Shown in pieces: positions 21,824 through 32,199 of a stretch of 64,000 bases of DNA. Below the pieces are notes generated by a model. The model made no database searches. It saw only the letters and a list, made by a program, of their open reading frames with translations, and had not been told where the DNA came from. This DNA is from Centroscyllium fabricii (taxonomy: Eukaryota). How positions within the stretch are numbered: the first letter of the stretch is position 1; each line of letters begins with the position of its first letter. Made by a program: the position numbers and the translations under genes. The stretch covers positions 124,001 to 188,000 of the forward strand of contig JBNRSN020000167.1 of NCBI GenBank assembly GCA_051313645.2. The letters are read 5' to 3'.

Positions 21824-24800
21824 TTGAGCACTGTGTCCAGTTCTGGTCAGACCCACCTTGAGCACTGTGTCCAGTTCTGGTCAGACCCACCTTGAGCACA
21901 GTGTCCAGTTCTGGTCAAACCCACCTTGAGTACTGTGTCCAGTTCTGGTCAAACCCACCTTGAGCGCAGTGTCCAGTTCTGCTCAAACCCACCTTGAGTA
22001 CTGTGTCCAGTTCTGGTCAGATCCACCTTGACCATTGTGTCCAATTCTGGTCAGACCCACCTTGAGCACTGTGTCCAGTTCTGGTCAGATCCACCTTGAG
22101 CACTATATCCAGTTCTGGTCAGACCCACCTTGAACACTGTGTCCAATTCTGGTCAGACCCACCGTGAACACTGTGTCCAGTTCTGGTCAGAATCACCTTG
22201 TACACTATATCCAGTTCTGGTCAGACCCACCTTGAACACTGTGTCCAATTCTGGTCAGACCCACCTTGAACAATGTGTCCAGTTCTGGTCAGATCCACCT
22301 TGGGCACTGTGTCCAGTTCTGGTCAGACCCACCTTGATCACTGTGTTCTCTCTGGTCAGACTCACATTGAGCACTGTGTCAAGTTCTGCTCAGATCCACC
22401 TTGAGCACTGTGCCCAGTTCGGGTCAGATCCACCATGAACACTGTGTCCAGTTCTGGTCAGACCCACCTTGAGCACTGTGTCCAGTTCTGCTCAGACCCA
22501 CCTTGAGCACTGTGTCCAGTTCTGGTCAGTCCCACCTTGAGCACAGTGTCTAGTTCTGGTCAGACCCACCTTGAGCACTGTGTCCAGTTCGGGTCAGATC
22601 GACCTTGAACACTGTGTCCAGTTCTGGTCAGAATCACCTTGAGCACTGTATCCAGTTCTGGTCAGAATCACCTTGAGCGCTGTGTCCAGTTCTGGTCAGA
22701 CCCACCTTGAGCACTGTGTCCAGTTCTGCTCAGACCCACCTTGTACACTGTGTCCAGTTCTGCTCAGACCAACCTTGAGCACTGTGTCCAGGTCTGGTCA
22801 GACCCACCTTGAGCACTGTGTCCAGTTCTGGTCAGATCCACCTTGAGTACTGTGTCCAGTTCTGGTCAGACCCTCCTTGATCATTGATTCCAGTTCAGGT
22901 TAAAAAAAACCTTGAACACTGTGTCCAGTTCTGTTCAGAATCACCTTGAGCACTGTGACCAGTTCTGGTCAGACCCAACTTGAGCACTGTGTCCAGTTCT
23001 GGTCAGAATCACCTTGAGCGCTGTGTCCAGTTCACAGTTATGGTCAGACCCACCTTGAGCACTGTGTCCAGTTCTGGTCAGAATCACCTTGAACGCTGCG
23101 TCCAGTTCTGGTCAGACCCACCTTGAGCACTGTGTCCAGTTCTTGTCAGACCAACCTTGAGCACTCTGTCCAGTTCTGGTCAGACCCACCTTGAGCACTG
23201 TGTCCAGTTCTGGTCAGACCCACCTTGAGCACTGTGTCCAGTTCTGGTCAGATCCACCTTGAGTTCCATGTCCAGTTCTGGTCAGACCCACCTTGAGCAC
23301 TGTGTCCAATTCTGGTCCGACCCACCTTGAGCACTGTGTCCAGTTCTGGTCAGACCCACCTTGAGCACAGTGTCCAGTTCTGGTCAGACCCACCTTGAGC
23401 ACTGTGTCCAGTTCTGGTCAGACCCACCTTGAGCATTGTGTCCATTTCTGGTTAGACCCACCTTGAGCATTGTGTCCAGTTCTGGTCAGACCCACCTTGA
23501 GCACTCTGTCCAGTTCCTGTCAGACCCACCTTGAGTACTGTGTCCAGTTCTGGTCAGATCCACCTTGAGCACTGTGTCCAGTTGTAGTCAGACCCACCTT
23601 GAGAACTGTGTCCAGTTCTGGTCAGATCCACCTTGAGCACTGTGTCCAATTCTGGTCAGATCCACCTTGAGCACTGTGTTCAGTTCTGGTCAGACCCACC
23701 TTCAGCACTGTGTCCAATTCAGGTCAGACCCACCTTGAGCACTGTGTCCAATTCTGGTCAGATCCACCTTGAGCACTGTGTTCAGTTCTGGTCAGACCCA
23801 CCTTGAGCACTGTGTCCAGTTCAGGTCAGACCCTCCGTGAGCACTGTGTCCAGTTCTGGTCAGACCCACCTTGAGTACTGTGTCCAGTTCTGGTCAGATC
23901 CACCTTGACCATTGTGTCCAATTCTGGTCAGACCCACCTTGAGCATTGTGTCCAGTTATGGTCAGACTCACCTTGAACACTGTGTCCAGTTCTGGTCAGA
24001 TCCACCTTGGGCACTGTGTCCAGTTCTGGTCAGACCCACCTTGATCACTGTGTTCTCTCTGGTCAGACTCACATTGAGCACTGTGTCAAGTTCTGCTCAG
24101 ATCCACCTTGAGCACTGTGCCCAGTTCGGGTCAGATCCACCATGAACACTGTGTCCAGTTCTGGTCAGACCCACATTGAGCACTGTGTCCAGTTCTGCTC
24201 AGACCCACCTTGAGCACTGTGTCCAGTTCTGGTCAGTCCCACCTTGAGCACAGTGTCCAGTACTGGTCAGACCAACCTTGAGCACTGGATCCAGTTCGGG
24301 TCAGATCGACCTTGAACACTGTGTCCAGTTCTGGTCAGAATCACCTTGAGCACTGTGTTCAGTTCTGGTCAGACCCACCTTGAGCACTGTGTCCAGTTCT
24401 GGTCAGAATCACCTTGAGCGCTGTGTCCAGTTCTGGTCAGACCCACCTTGAGCACTGTGTCCAGTTCTGGTCAGACCCACCTTAAGACTGTGTCCAGTTC
24501 TGGTCAGACCCACCTTGAGCACCGTGTCCAGTTCTGGTCAGACCCACCTTGAGCATTGTGTCCAGTTCTATTCAGAATCACCTTGAGCGCTGTGTCCAGT
24601 TCTGGTCAGACATACCTTGAGCACTGTGTCCAGTTCTGGTCAGACCCACCTTGTGAACTGTGTCCAGTTCTGGTCAGATCCTCCTTGAGCACTGTGTCCA
24701 GTTCTGGTCAGAATCACCTTGAGCGCTGTGTCCGTTTCTGGTCAGATCCACCATGAGCACTGTGTCCAATTCTGGTCAGACCCACCTTGAGCACTGTGTC

Positions 24801-25770
24801 CAGTTCTGGTCAGACCCACCTTGAGCACAGTGTCCAGTTCTGGTCAAACCCACCTTGAGCCCAGTGTCCAGTTCTGCTCAAACCCACCTTGAGTACTGTG
24901 TCCAGTTCTGGTCAGACCCACCTTGAGCGCAGTGTCCAGTTCTGGTCAGACCCACCTTGAGCACTGTGTCCAGTTCTGCTCAGACCCACCTTTAGCATTG
25001 TGTCCAGTTCTAGTCAGACCCACCTTATGTACTGTGTCCAGTTCTGGTCAGACCCACCTTGAGCACAGTGTCCAGTTCTGGTCAAACCCACCTTGAGTAC
25101 TGTGTCCAGTTCTTGTCAGACCCACCTTGAGCACGGTGTCCAGATCTGGCCAGACCCACCTTGAGCACAGTGTCCACTTCTGGTCAGACCCACCTTGAGC
25201 ACTGTGTCCACTTCTGGTCAGACCCACCTTGAGCACAGTGTCCACTTCTGGTCAGACCCACCTTGAGCACTGTGTCCACTTCTGGTCAGACCCACCTTGA
25301 GCACAGTGTCCAGTTCTGGTCAAACCCTCCTTGAGTACTGTGTCCAGTTCTGGTCAGACCCACCTTGAGCACTGTGTCCACTTCTGGTCAGACCCACCTT
25401 GAGCACTGTGTCCACTTCTGGTCAGACCCACCTTGAGCACTGTGTCCAGTTCTGGTCAAACCCACCTTGAGCACTGTGTCCAGTTCTGGTCAGACCCACC
25501 TTGAGCACTGTGTCCAGTTCTGGTCAGACCCACCTTGAGCACAGTGTCCAGTTCTGGTCAGTGAGACACAGGGGAGGCATTCAAACGCTGGAGAGAGTGT
25601 AGAGAGGAGCGACGAGGCTGGTCGACAGTGAAAAGTGTCAAGAATCTGTGTTATGGGGAGAGACTGGGTGAATCTGGGCTTTTTAAACTGGACAGGAGGC
25701 ATTTGCGAGGTGACCTTATAGAGGGATATCCGATAGTTAAGGGAATGGAAAAACGTAAATCTCCTATATT

Positions 25771-26188
25771 GGGCCAGAATTTCCTCTGTGCAGGTTGGTG
25801 CGTGCGCTAGGACCCTGCGGACACCTATCGCACACACCAACATCGCACAGAAGTTGCTCCCTGACTTTCCTCCCCGTTCCTGCGCTGCCTGGCAGTCCAG
25901 CCACGCTAGGTGCGCAGTGTAAATCTTGTCCCTCACGCACGAGTTTACTACTGGTTTTCCCGGGTGCAGCTTGTGGGCCAGTTGCACACAGAATCACTCT
26001 CCAAAAATCACCCTTTTGGATTGCAAATTCTGGGTGCAACTCACTCCTGCATTTGATGCTGAGGGCCCTTCTCCCTCAGCAGAAGAAATTCCCGTTCGTG
26101 GGCATCCCCCGTGCGTTCATCGCACGGGTCATTTCGGACCCCTTTCCGTGCGTGTGCAGCTCCTCTGGCGTAGAGGATATTCTGGCCC
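25771..26188. mobile_element. Non-autonomous DNA transposon (MITE), PIF/Harbinger-type
   Basis: 17-bp TIRs GGGCCAGAATTTCCTCT / AGAGGATATTCTGGCCC (1 mismatch), 3-bp TSD ATT on both sides; CR1 homology resumes after it. Confidence 0.88.
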
Positions 26189-26587
26189 ATTGCTTTAAAT
26201 TCAATTGTGAAAGTAGCACAAGGGGGGCGGGGGGTGGAGTCACAGGGTCAAACTAGTAAAAGGTTAATTTAGGTCTGATATCAGGTAGTTTCTCTGCACA
26301 CAGAGGGTGACCAACACCTGGATAGAGGAGGGGAGGCAAACACCTGGAATTAGTTAAGAACCAATCGGATGTTACAATGGGGAGAAGGTGTGTTTGGAAC
26401 TTTTTGAATGAATGTATTAAGATGGGCTGAGTGGCCTTCCTCATGCATAATTATCCTGTGATATGTGAGAATGACATTGCTGTCATTTCTTCGGGCTGTT
26501 TCACTCACCTACTTCAGATTATCAAGCAGATCAGATGACAGCAGTCAATTCCCAGTTTGCTCACAACTAACACTTGCTGTATTGTGA

Positions 26588-26704
<117 letters not shown>

Positions 26705-26900
26705 TAGAGTACAATCGCTTTGAGTTCCCTCCAATGGTGTTTCACTACTGATTGTTACATTCTGGCAGTCTGAGTTGAACTTTCCCTGTTCCTACACTCA
26801 TTCTTAATCATAGAATCATAGAAGATAGGAGCAGGAGTAGGCCATTCGGCCCTTCGAGCCTGCTCCGCCATTCAACGAGATCATGGCTGATCTTACACGT

Positions 26901-29710
26901 TCAGTACCCAGTCCCTGCCTTCTCCCCATATCCCTTAATCCCTTTAGCCTGAAGAAATATATCTAGTTCCCTCTTGAATATATTCAATGAACCGGCCTCC
27001 ACCGCCCTCTGTGGCAAGGAATTCCACAGGTTCACCACTCTCTGTGTGAAGAATTTTCTCCTCATCTCAGTCCTACAAGGCTTACCCCTTATCCTTAGAC
27101 TATGCCCCCTGGTTCTTGACTCCCCGGCCATCGGAAACATCCTTTCTGCATCTAACCTGTCCACGCCTGACAGAATTTTATAAGTCTCGATGAGATCCCC
27201 TCTTAATCTTCTAAACTCCAGCGAGTATAAGCCCAGACTACACAATCTCTCCTCATAAGTCATTCCTGCCATCCCAGGTATCAGCCTGGTGAATCGTCGC
27301 TGTACTCCCTCCATGGCAAGAACATCCTTCCTCAGATGCGGCGACCAAAACTGCACACAATACTCAAGGTGTGGCCTCACCAAGACCCTGTACAGCTGCA
27401 GCAAGACATCCCTATTCCTATACTCAAACCCTCTTGATATAAAGGCCAACATACCATTTGCCTTTTTAACCGCCTGCTGCACCTGCATGCTCACCTTCAG
27501 TGACTGGTGTACAAGAATACCCAGATCTCTTTGCACTTCCCCATCTCCCAATCTATTGCCGTTCAAATAATATTCTGCCTTTCTGTTTTTGCTACCAAAG
27601 TGGATAACCTCACATTTATCCACATTATAGTGCATTTGCCATGTGTTCGCCCAATCCCCCAATCTGTCCAGGTCGCTCTGGAGCTTCCCGACATCCTCCT
27701 CAGAGCATACTCCCCCTCCAAGCTTAGTGTCATCTGCGAATTTGGAGATGTTACATCCAATTCCCTCATCCAGGTCATTAATATATATTGTGAACAGCTG
27801 GGGTCCCAGTACCGACCCCTGTGGTACCCCACGAGTCACTGCCCGCCAATCAGAAAACGACCCGTTTATCCCAACTCTCTGTTTTCTATCTGCCAACCAG
27901 TTCTCTATCCATGCCAATACCTTGCCCCCAATCCCATGAGCCTTAATTTTGCCTGCCAATCTCCTATGAGGGACCTTGTCAAAGGCTTTCTGGAAGTCCA
28001 GATAAACCACATCTACTGGCTCTCCCCTATCTATTTTATCGGTTACATCCTCGAAGAATTCCAATAGATTAGTCAAGCACGATTTACCTTTTGTAAATCC
28101 ATGTTGACTGTGTCCGATCCCGTCACTCTTAGTCAAGTGATCTGCTATTACGTCCTTAATAATGGACTCTAGCATTTTGCCCACAACCGATGTAAGGCTT
28201 ACCGGTCTATAATTCCCCGCCTTCTCTTTACCCCCCTTTTTGAATAGTGGGGTAACATTAGCTACCCTCCAATCCCTGGGCACCATTCCAGAGTCTATTG
28301 AGTTCTGGAAAATGATCCTCAAAGCATCTGATATCTCCAGGGCCACTTCCTTAAGCACCCTAGGATGCAGATTATCAGGCCCTGGGGATTTGTCGGCCTT
28401 TAATCCTTTCAATTTCCCGGACACCATATCCTTAGAGATATTGATTTCTTTCAGTTCCTCCCTCTCATTAGTCCCTATGTTTCCCGACATCTCCGGGAGG
28501 CTATTTGTGTCCTCCTCTGTGAAGACAGAACCAAAATATGAATTTAATTGGTCCGCCATTTCCTTGTTCCCCATTATATAATCTCCTGATTCGGACTGCA
28601 GGGGCCCGACTCTGGATTTCACCAGTCTCTTCCTTTTAATGTATCTGTAAAAGGTTTTGCAGTCAGTTTTTATGTTTGCCGCAAGCCTTCTTTCATAATC
28701 TATTTTCCCCTTCTTAATTAATCCCTTTGTCCTCCTTTGCTGTATCCTGAATTGTTCCCAATCTTCAGGTTTGCTGCTTTTTTTGGCCAGTTGATACGCC
28801 CTTTCTTTGGTTTTTATGTTATCCCTAATTTCCCTTGTTATCCACGGTTGAGTCACCTTTTTTGGTTTATTTTTATTCCAAACTGGTATAAACAAGCTCT
28901 GCGCTTCTTCCATTCGATCTTTGAATGCCTGCCATTGTTGATCCACCGTCAGCCCCCTGAGCGACACCCCCCAATCAATTGTACCCAACTTTCGTCTCAT
29001 ACCATCATAGTTCCCTTTTCTTAAATTTAGGACCTTAGTCTCCGAGTCAATTTCTTCCCTTTCCATTCTGAGTGAGAATTCGATCATATTATGATCGCTC
29101 CGCCCCAATGGGCCTCGTACAACAAGATTGCCAATCAATCCCTTCTCATTGCACAGTACCCAGTCTAAGATGGCCTGATCCCGAGTTGGTTCCTCGACAT
29201 ATTGGTCCAGGAAACCATCTCGTATACACTCCAGAAATTCCTCCTCCATCGTGTTTTTACTAATCTGGCTAGACCAATCTATATGTAAATTAAAGTCACC
29301 CATGATGACAGCTGTGCCCTTATTGCACGCTTCTTTAATTTCCCTTTTTATGCCTTCCCCAACCTCCATATTACTATTTGGCGGTCTATATACCACTCCC
29401 AGCAACATTTTTCGCCCCTTGCTATTCCTCAGTTCTACCCATACAGATTCCGCATCATCCGAGTTAATATCAGTCCTTTCAATTGAGTTAATCCCCTCCC
29501 TCACCAGTAATGCCACCCCACCTCCCTTTCTTTTTTGCCTATCCTTCCTAAATATTGTATACCCTGGTATGTTAAGTTCCCAGCCTTGTCCACCCTGCAG
29601 CCATATTTCTGTAATCGCAACCAAATCATATTTGTTTGCCTCTATTTCTACAGATCATTCATCTACCTTGTTCCAAATGCTTCTTGCATTAAGATACAAG
29701 GTTTTCAGGC
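26901..29710 (-). CDS. CR1 ORF2: AP-endonuclease plus reverse transcriptase; one nonsense codon near the N-terminus
   Basis: 907-aa frame with GDFN, SDH, YRPVSL, GVPQGSVLGP, FADD and LVRPHLEYCVQFWSP. In frame upstream: LYLNARSIWNKVDE*SVEIE, with TGA at 29655-29657. Confidence 0.95.
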
Positions 29711-29935
29711 TTGTTTTTTTCACTTTACCCGACCATTGTGCATTTTTATTACCTGCGGTCCTGTTTGCTTTTACCCGTTGATCTCCCTGCCTTATACTTT
29801 TGCTTTTCTCCTTCCTGTCTTTATCCTTTTTTCTTGTTTCCCTTTTTTCCGCCTCCTTACTTGTTTTTTCCTCTATATTAGCCTTTTCGCCACCCCCTAT
29901 TTTTGCTCCACTCCATATCCCAACCCCCTGCCAAG

Positions 29936-30886
29936 TTAGTTTAAACCCTCCCCAACCATGCTAGCAAACCTCCCCGCCAGGATATTGGTCCCCCTCCGGT
30001 TAAGGTGGAGACCGTCCTCCCAATACAAGTCCCACCTTTCCCAGAAACAGGGCCAGTTATCCAGGAAACTAAAGCCCTCCCTCCTGCACCAACTCTTGAG
30101 CCACATATTAAGCTGCTCTATCCTTCTATTCCTATATTCACTAAATCGTGGCACAGGGAGTAATCCAGAGATTACAACCTTTGAGGTCCTGCACTTTAAT
30201 TCTCTGCCTAGCTCCCTGAATTCTTGTTGCAGGACCTCATCCCTCTTTTTACCTATGTTGTTGATTCCTATGTGTACAACGACCTCTGACTGGTTTCCCT
30301 CCCTTTTCAGGATGCCCTGCAGCCGTTCCGTGACATCCTTGACCCTGGCACCAGGGAGGCAACAGACCATCCTGGAGTCACGTCTACGGCCACAGAAACG
30401 CCTATCTGCTCCCCTTACGATAGAGTCCCCTACCACTATTGCTCTCTCACACCTTTTCCCCCCCAGCTGAACAGCAGAAGCAACCCCAGTGCCTGGAGGT
30501 TGGCTACCGCTGCATTCCCCTGGTAGGTCTTCCCCCCCAACAGTATCCAAAATGGTATACTTGTTCGTGAGGGGGATGGCCACAGGGGTTTCCTGCTCTA
30601 CCTGCCTGACCTTACTGTTCTTTCTGATGGTCACCCATTTCCCTTCTGCCTGCACACCCTTAGCCTGCGGTGTGACCAGCTCACTGTATGAGTAATCAAC
30701 GCACCTCTCAGCATTGCGAATGCTCCATAACCCATCCACCCTCAGTTCCAGTGCCGTAATGCGGTCAGTCAGTAACTGAAGGTGGACGCATTTCCCGCAC
30801 ACATGGTCGTCAGGGACTCCAGTGGTGTCCCTGAATTCCCACATGCGGCAGGAGGAGCAAAGCACGGGACCGAGCTCCACTGACAT
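29936..30886 (-). CDS. CR1 ORF1 protein: zinc finger/leucine zipper plus SGNH esterase
   Basis: CSSC...CGKC, heptad leucines, SGNH blocks GDS, PGA, GINN and DGLH; 316 aa, intact. Confidence 0.93.
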   Translation of the reverse strand: MSVELGPVLCSSCRMWEFRDTTGVPDDHVCGKCVHLQLLTDRITALELRVDGLWSIRNAERCVDYSYSELVTPQAKGVQAEGKWVTIRKNSKVRQVEQETPVAIPLTNKYTILDTVGGEDLPGECSGSQPPGTGVASAVQLGGKRCERAIVVGDSIVRGADRRFCGRRRDSRMVCCLPGARVKDVTERLQGILKREGNQSEVVVHIGINNIGKKRDEVLQQEFRELGRELKCRTSKVVISGLLPVPRFSEYRNRRIEQLNMWLKSWCRREGFSFLDNWPCFWERWDLYWEDGLHLNRRGTNILAGRFASMVGEGLN

Positions 30887-31309
30887 GACGTACCCCTCTA
30901 ATTACTGTTACAAAAAATTTAACACCACCAAAAAAACAAGATATATACTAGGGTGCTAGTCTATCAGAAGTCCCCGTTATACCACAGAGACCTCAGAAAA
31001 ATAAATAAAATAAAAATAAATAAATCACTTACCCTGCTTGCCTTTATAGCCACTGCCTCCTGTTGTCTCCTTCCAGTACCGTCCCGCTGCCTGCTCCTGA
31101 AAAGAAAGACCCGCGAAAAACTCCTGCCCTGGTCCTGCTGCTGCCACCGACTGCTACCTCTGTCCAGGAGCCCCTTCCACTTAAGTTCAGCCTCTGAAAA
31201 TAAACAATAAATCACCTACCTTTTAAATTCCCTCTAACCCTAAAGGTTAGAGGAGGTGGAAGGGTGGGAGACATTACTAGTGTAGTGGCTCGGGTTTAGC
31301 AACTGCTCC

Positions 31310-31360
31310 ACCTATATACGGGTACCAATGGATTGGCCCCGCCCCCTGGCTATTTAAAAA
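31310..31360 (-). promoter_or_regulatory. Putative internal Pol II promoter of the CR1
   Basis: On the minus strand, in order: GC box (31336-31345), CCAAT (31332-31336; a second in the opposite orientation at 31325-31329), TATATA (31313-31318). Confidence 0.5.
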
Positions 31361-32014
31361 AGCCCGCGCTGGCTCAGCTCTCCTGGCTCAGCTCCCCTGA
31401 AGCAACGGTAGGTCAGCTCCCCTGGAAGGAAAGTTACCTGTCCTTTTATCTGCTTCTCACCGCCTCAGGCTCCCAGCTGGCTGGACTCTGCGTTGATCAG
31501 CTCCTTCCTGGTATTTCCCCTAGGTCCGCTCTGCCTCTGCTGAAATGGCTTTTAAAAAAGCCCGCGCTGGCTCAGCTCTCCTGGCTCAGCTCCCCTGAAG
31601 CAACGGTAGGTCAGCTCCCCTGGAAGGAAAGTTACCTGTCCTTTTATCTGCTTCTCACCGCCTCAGGCTCCCAGCTGGCTGGACTCTGCGTTGATCAGCT
31701 CCTTCCTGGTATTTCCCCTAGGTCCGCTCTGCCTCTGCTGAAACAGCTTTTAAAAAAGCCCGCGCTGGCTCAGCTCTCCTGGCTCAGCTCCCCTGAAGCA
31801 ACGGTAGGTCAGCTCCCCTGGAAGGAAAGTTACCTGTCCTTTTAGCTGCTTCTCACCGCCTCAGGCTCCCAGCTGGCTGGACTCTGCGTTGATCAGCTCC
31901 TTCCTGGTATTTCCCCTAGGGCCGCTCTGCCTCTGCTGAAACGGCTTTTAAAAAAGCCCGCGCTGGCTCAGCTCTCCTGGCTCAGCTCCCCTGAAGCAAA
32001 GGTAGGTCAACTCC
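31353..32014 (-). repeat. 198-bp tandem monomers (~3.3 copies) at the CR1 5' end
   Basis: AAAAAAGCCCGCGCTGG recurs at 31356, 31554, 31752 and 31950; copies are nearly identical. Confidence 0.95.
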
Positions 32015-32199
32015 AAGTTGGCCTCGTAAATAATGGGGGTGGATTTCTCCTGCTCATTCACTGTAACTTCGGCAAAAGGGTCATGGAATCCCCGAAATAC
32101 AGTAGAAACAGCACTTGGTTTCAGCAGGAAATCCACCGGCGTTAGTGAATCAGGAGGATAACTCCTGCCGAAGTACACCTCATATTCTGCCCGACATAA

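Larger units (their letters stand above)
8785..25560 (+). repeat. 34-bp tandem satellite, consensus CTGGTCAGACCCACCTTGAGCACTGTGTCCAGTT, roughly 460 units, with two later insertions
   Basis: Directly visible head-to-tail repeat with point variants and a few 32/33/41-bp units. Confidence 0.98.
8770..26468 (+). mobile_element. Old CR1 LINE 3' fragment that hosts the 34-bp satellite and the MITE
   Basis: The left edge resembles YRVLVRP. After the array it reads QFWSVRHRGGIQTLERV*RGATRL...YGERLGESGLFKLDRRHLRGDLIE; after the MITE it reads STRG..HRVKLVKG..TQRVTNTW, then a CR1 3' UTR (gatgggctgagtggccttcct...tgtgatatgtga). Confidence 0.82.
26808..32014 (-). mobile_element. Full-length, near-intact CR1 LINE (5' monomers, 5' UTR, ORF1, ORF2, 3' UTR, TTCTATGA tail)
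   Basis: Two ORFs in CR1 order, a 3' stem-loop region and an octamer tail (tcatagaatcatagaa on +); no clear TSD. Confidence 0.96.

Noticed and set aside
8865-25245. Short ORFs such as HLEHCVQFWSDPP in the 34-bp array
   Set aside because: Produced by frame cycling of a 34-bp unit derived from CR1 ORF2; frequent stops; not genes.
8785-25560. CRISPR array (34-bp repeats)
   Set aside because: Units are head-to-tail with no unique spacers, there are no cas genes, and the context is a eukaryotic intron.
26974-30695. Plus-strand ORFs overlapping the CR1
   Set aside because: Antisense shadows of ORF1/ORF2 with no recognisable domains.
31333-31845. 170-aa ORF with 66-aa repeats
   Set aside because: Antisense by-product of the 198-bp monomers; starts at a non-ATG codon.
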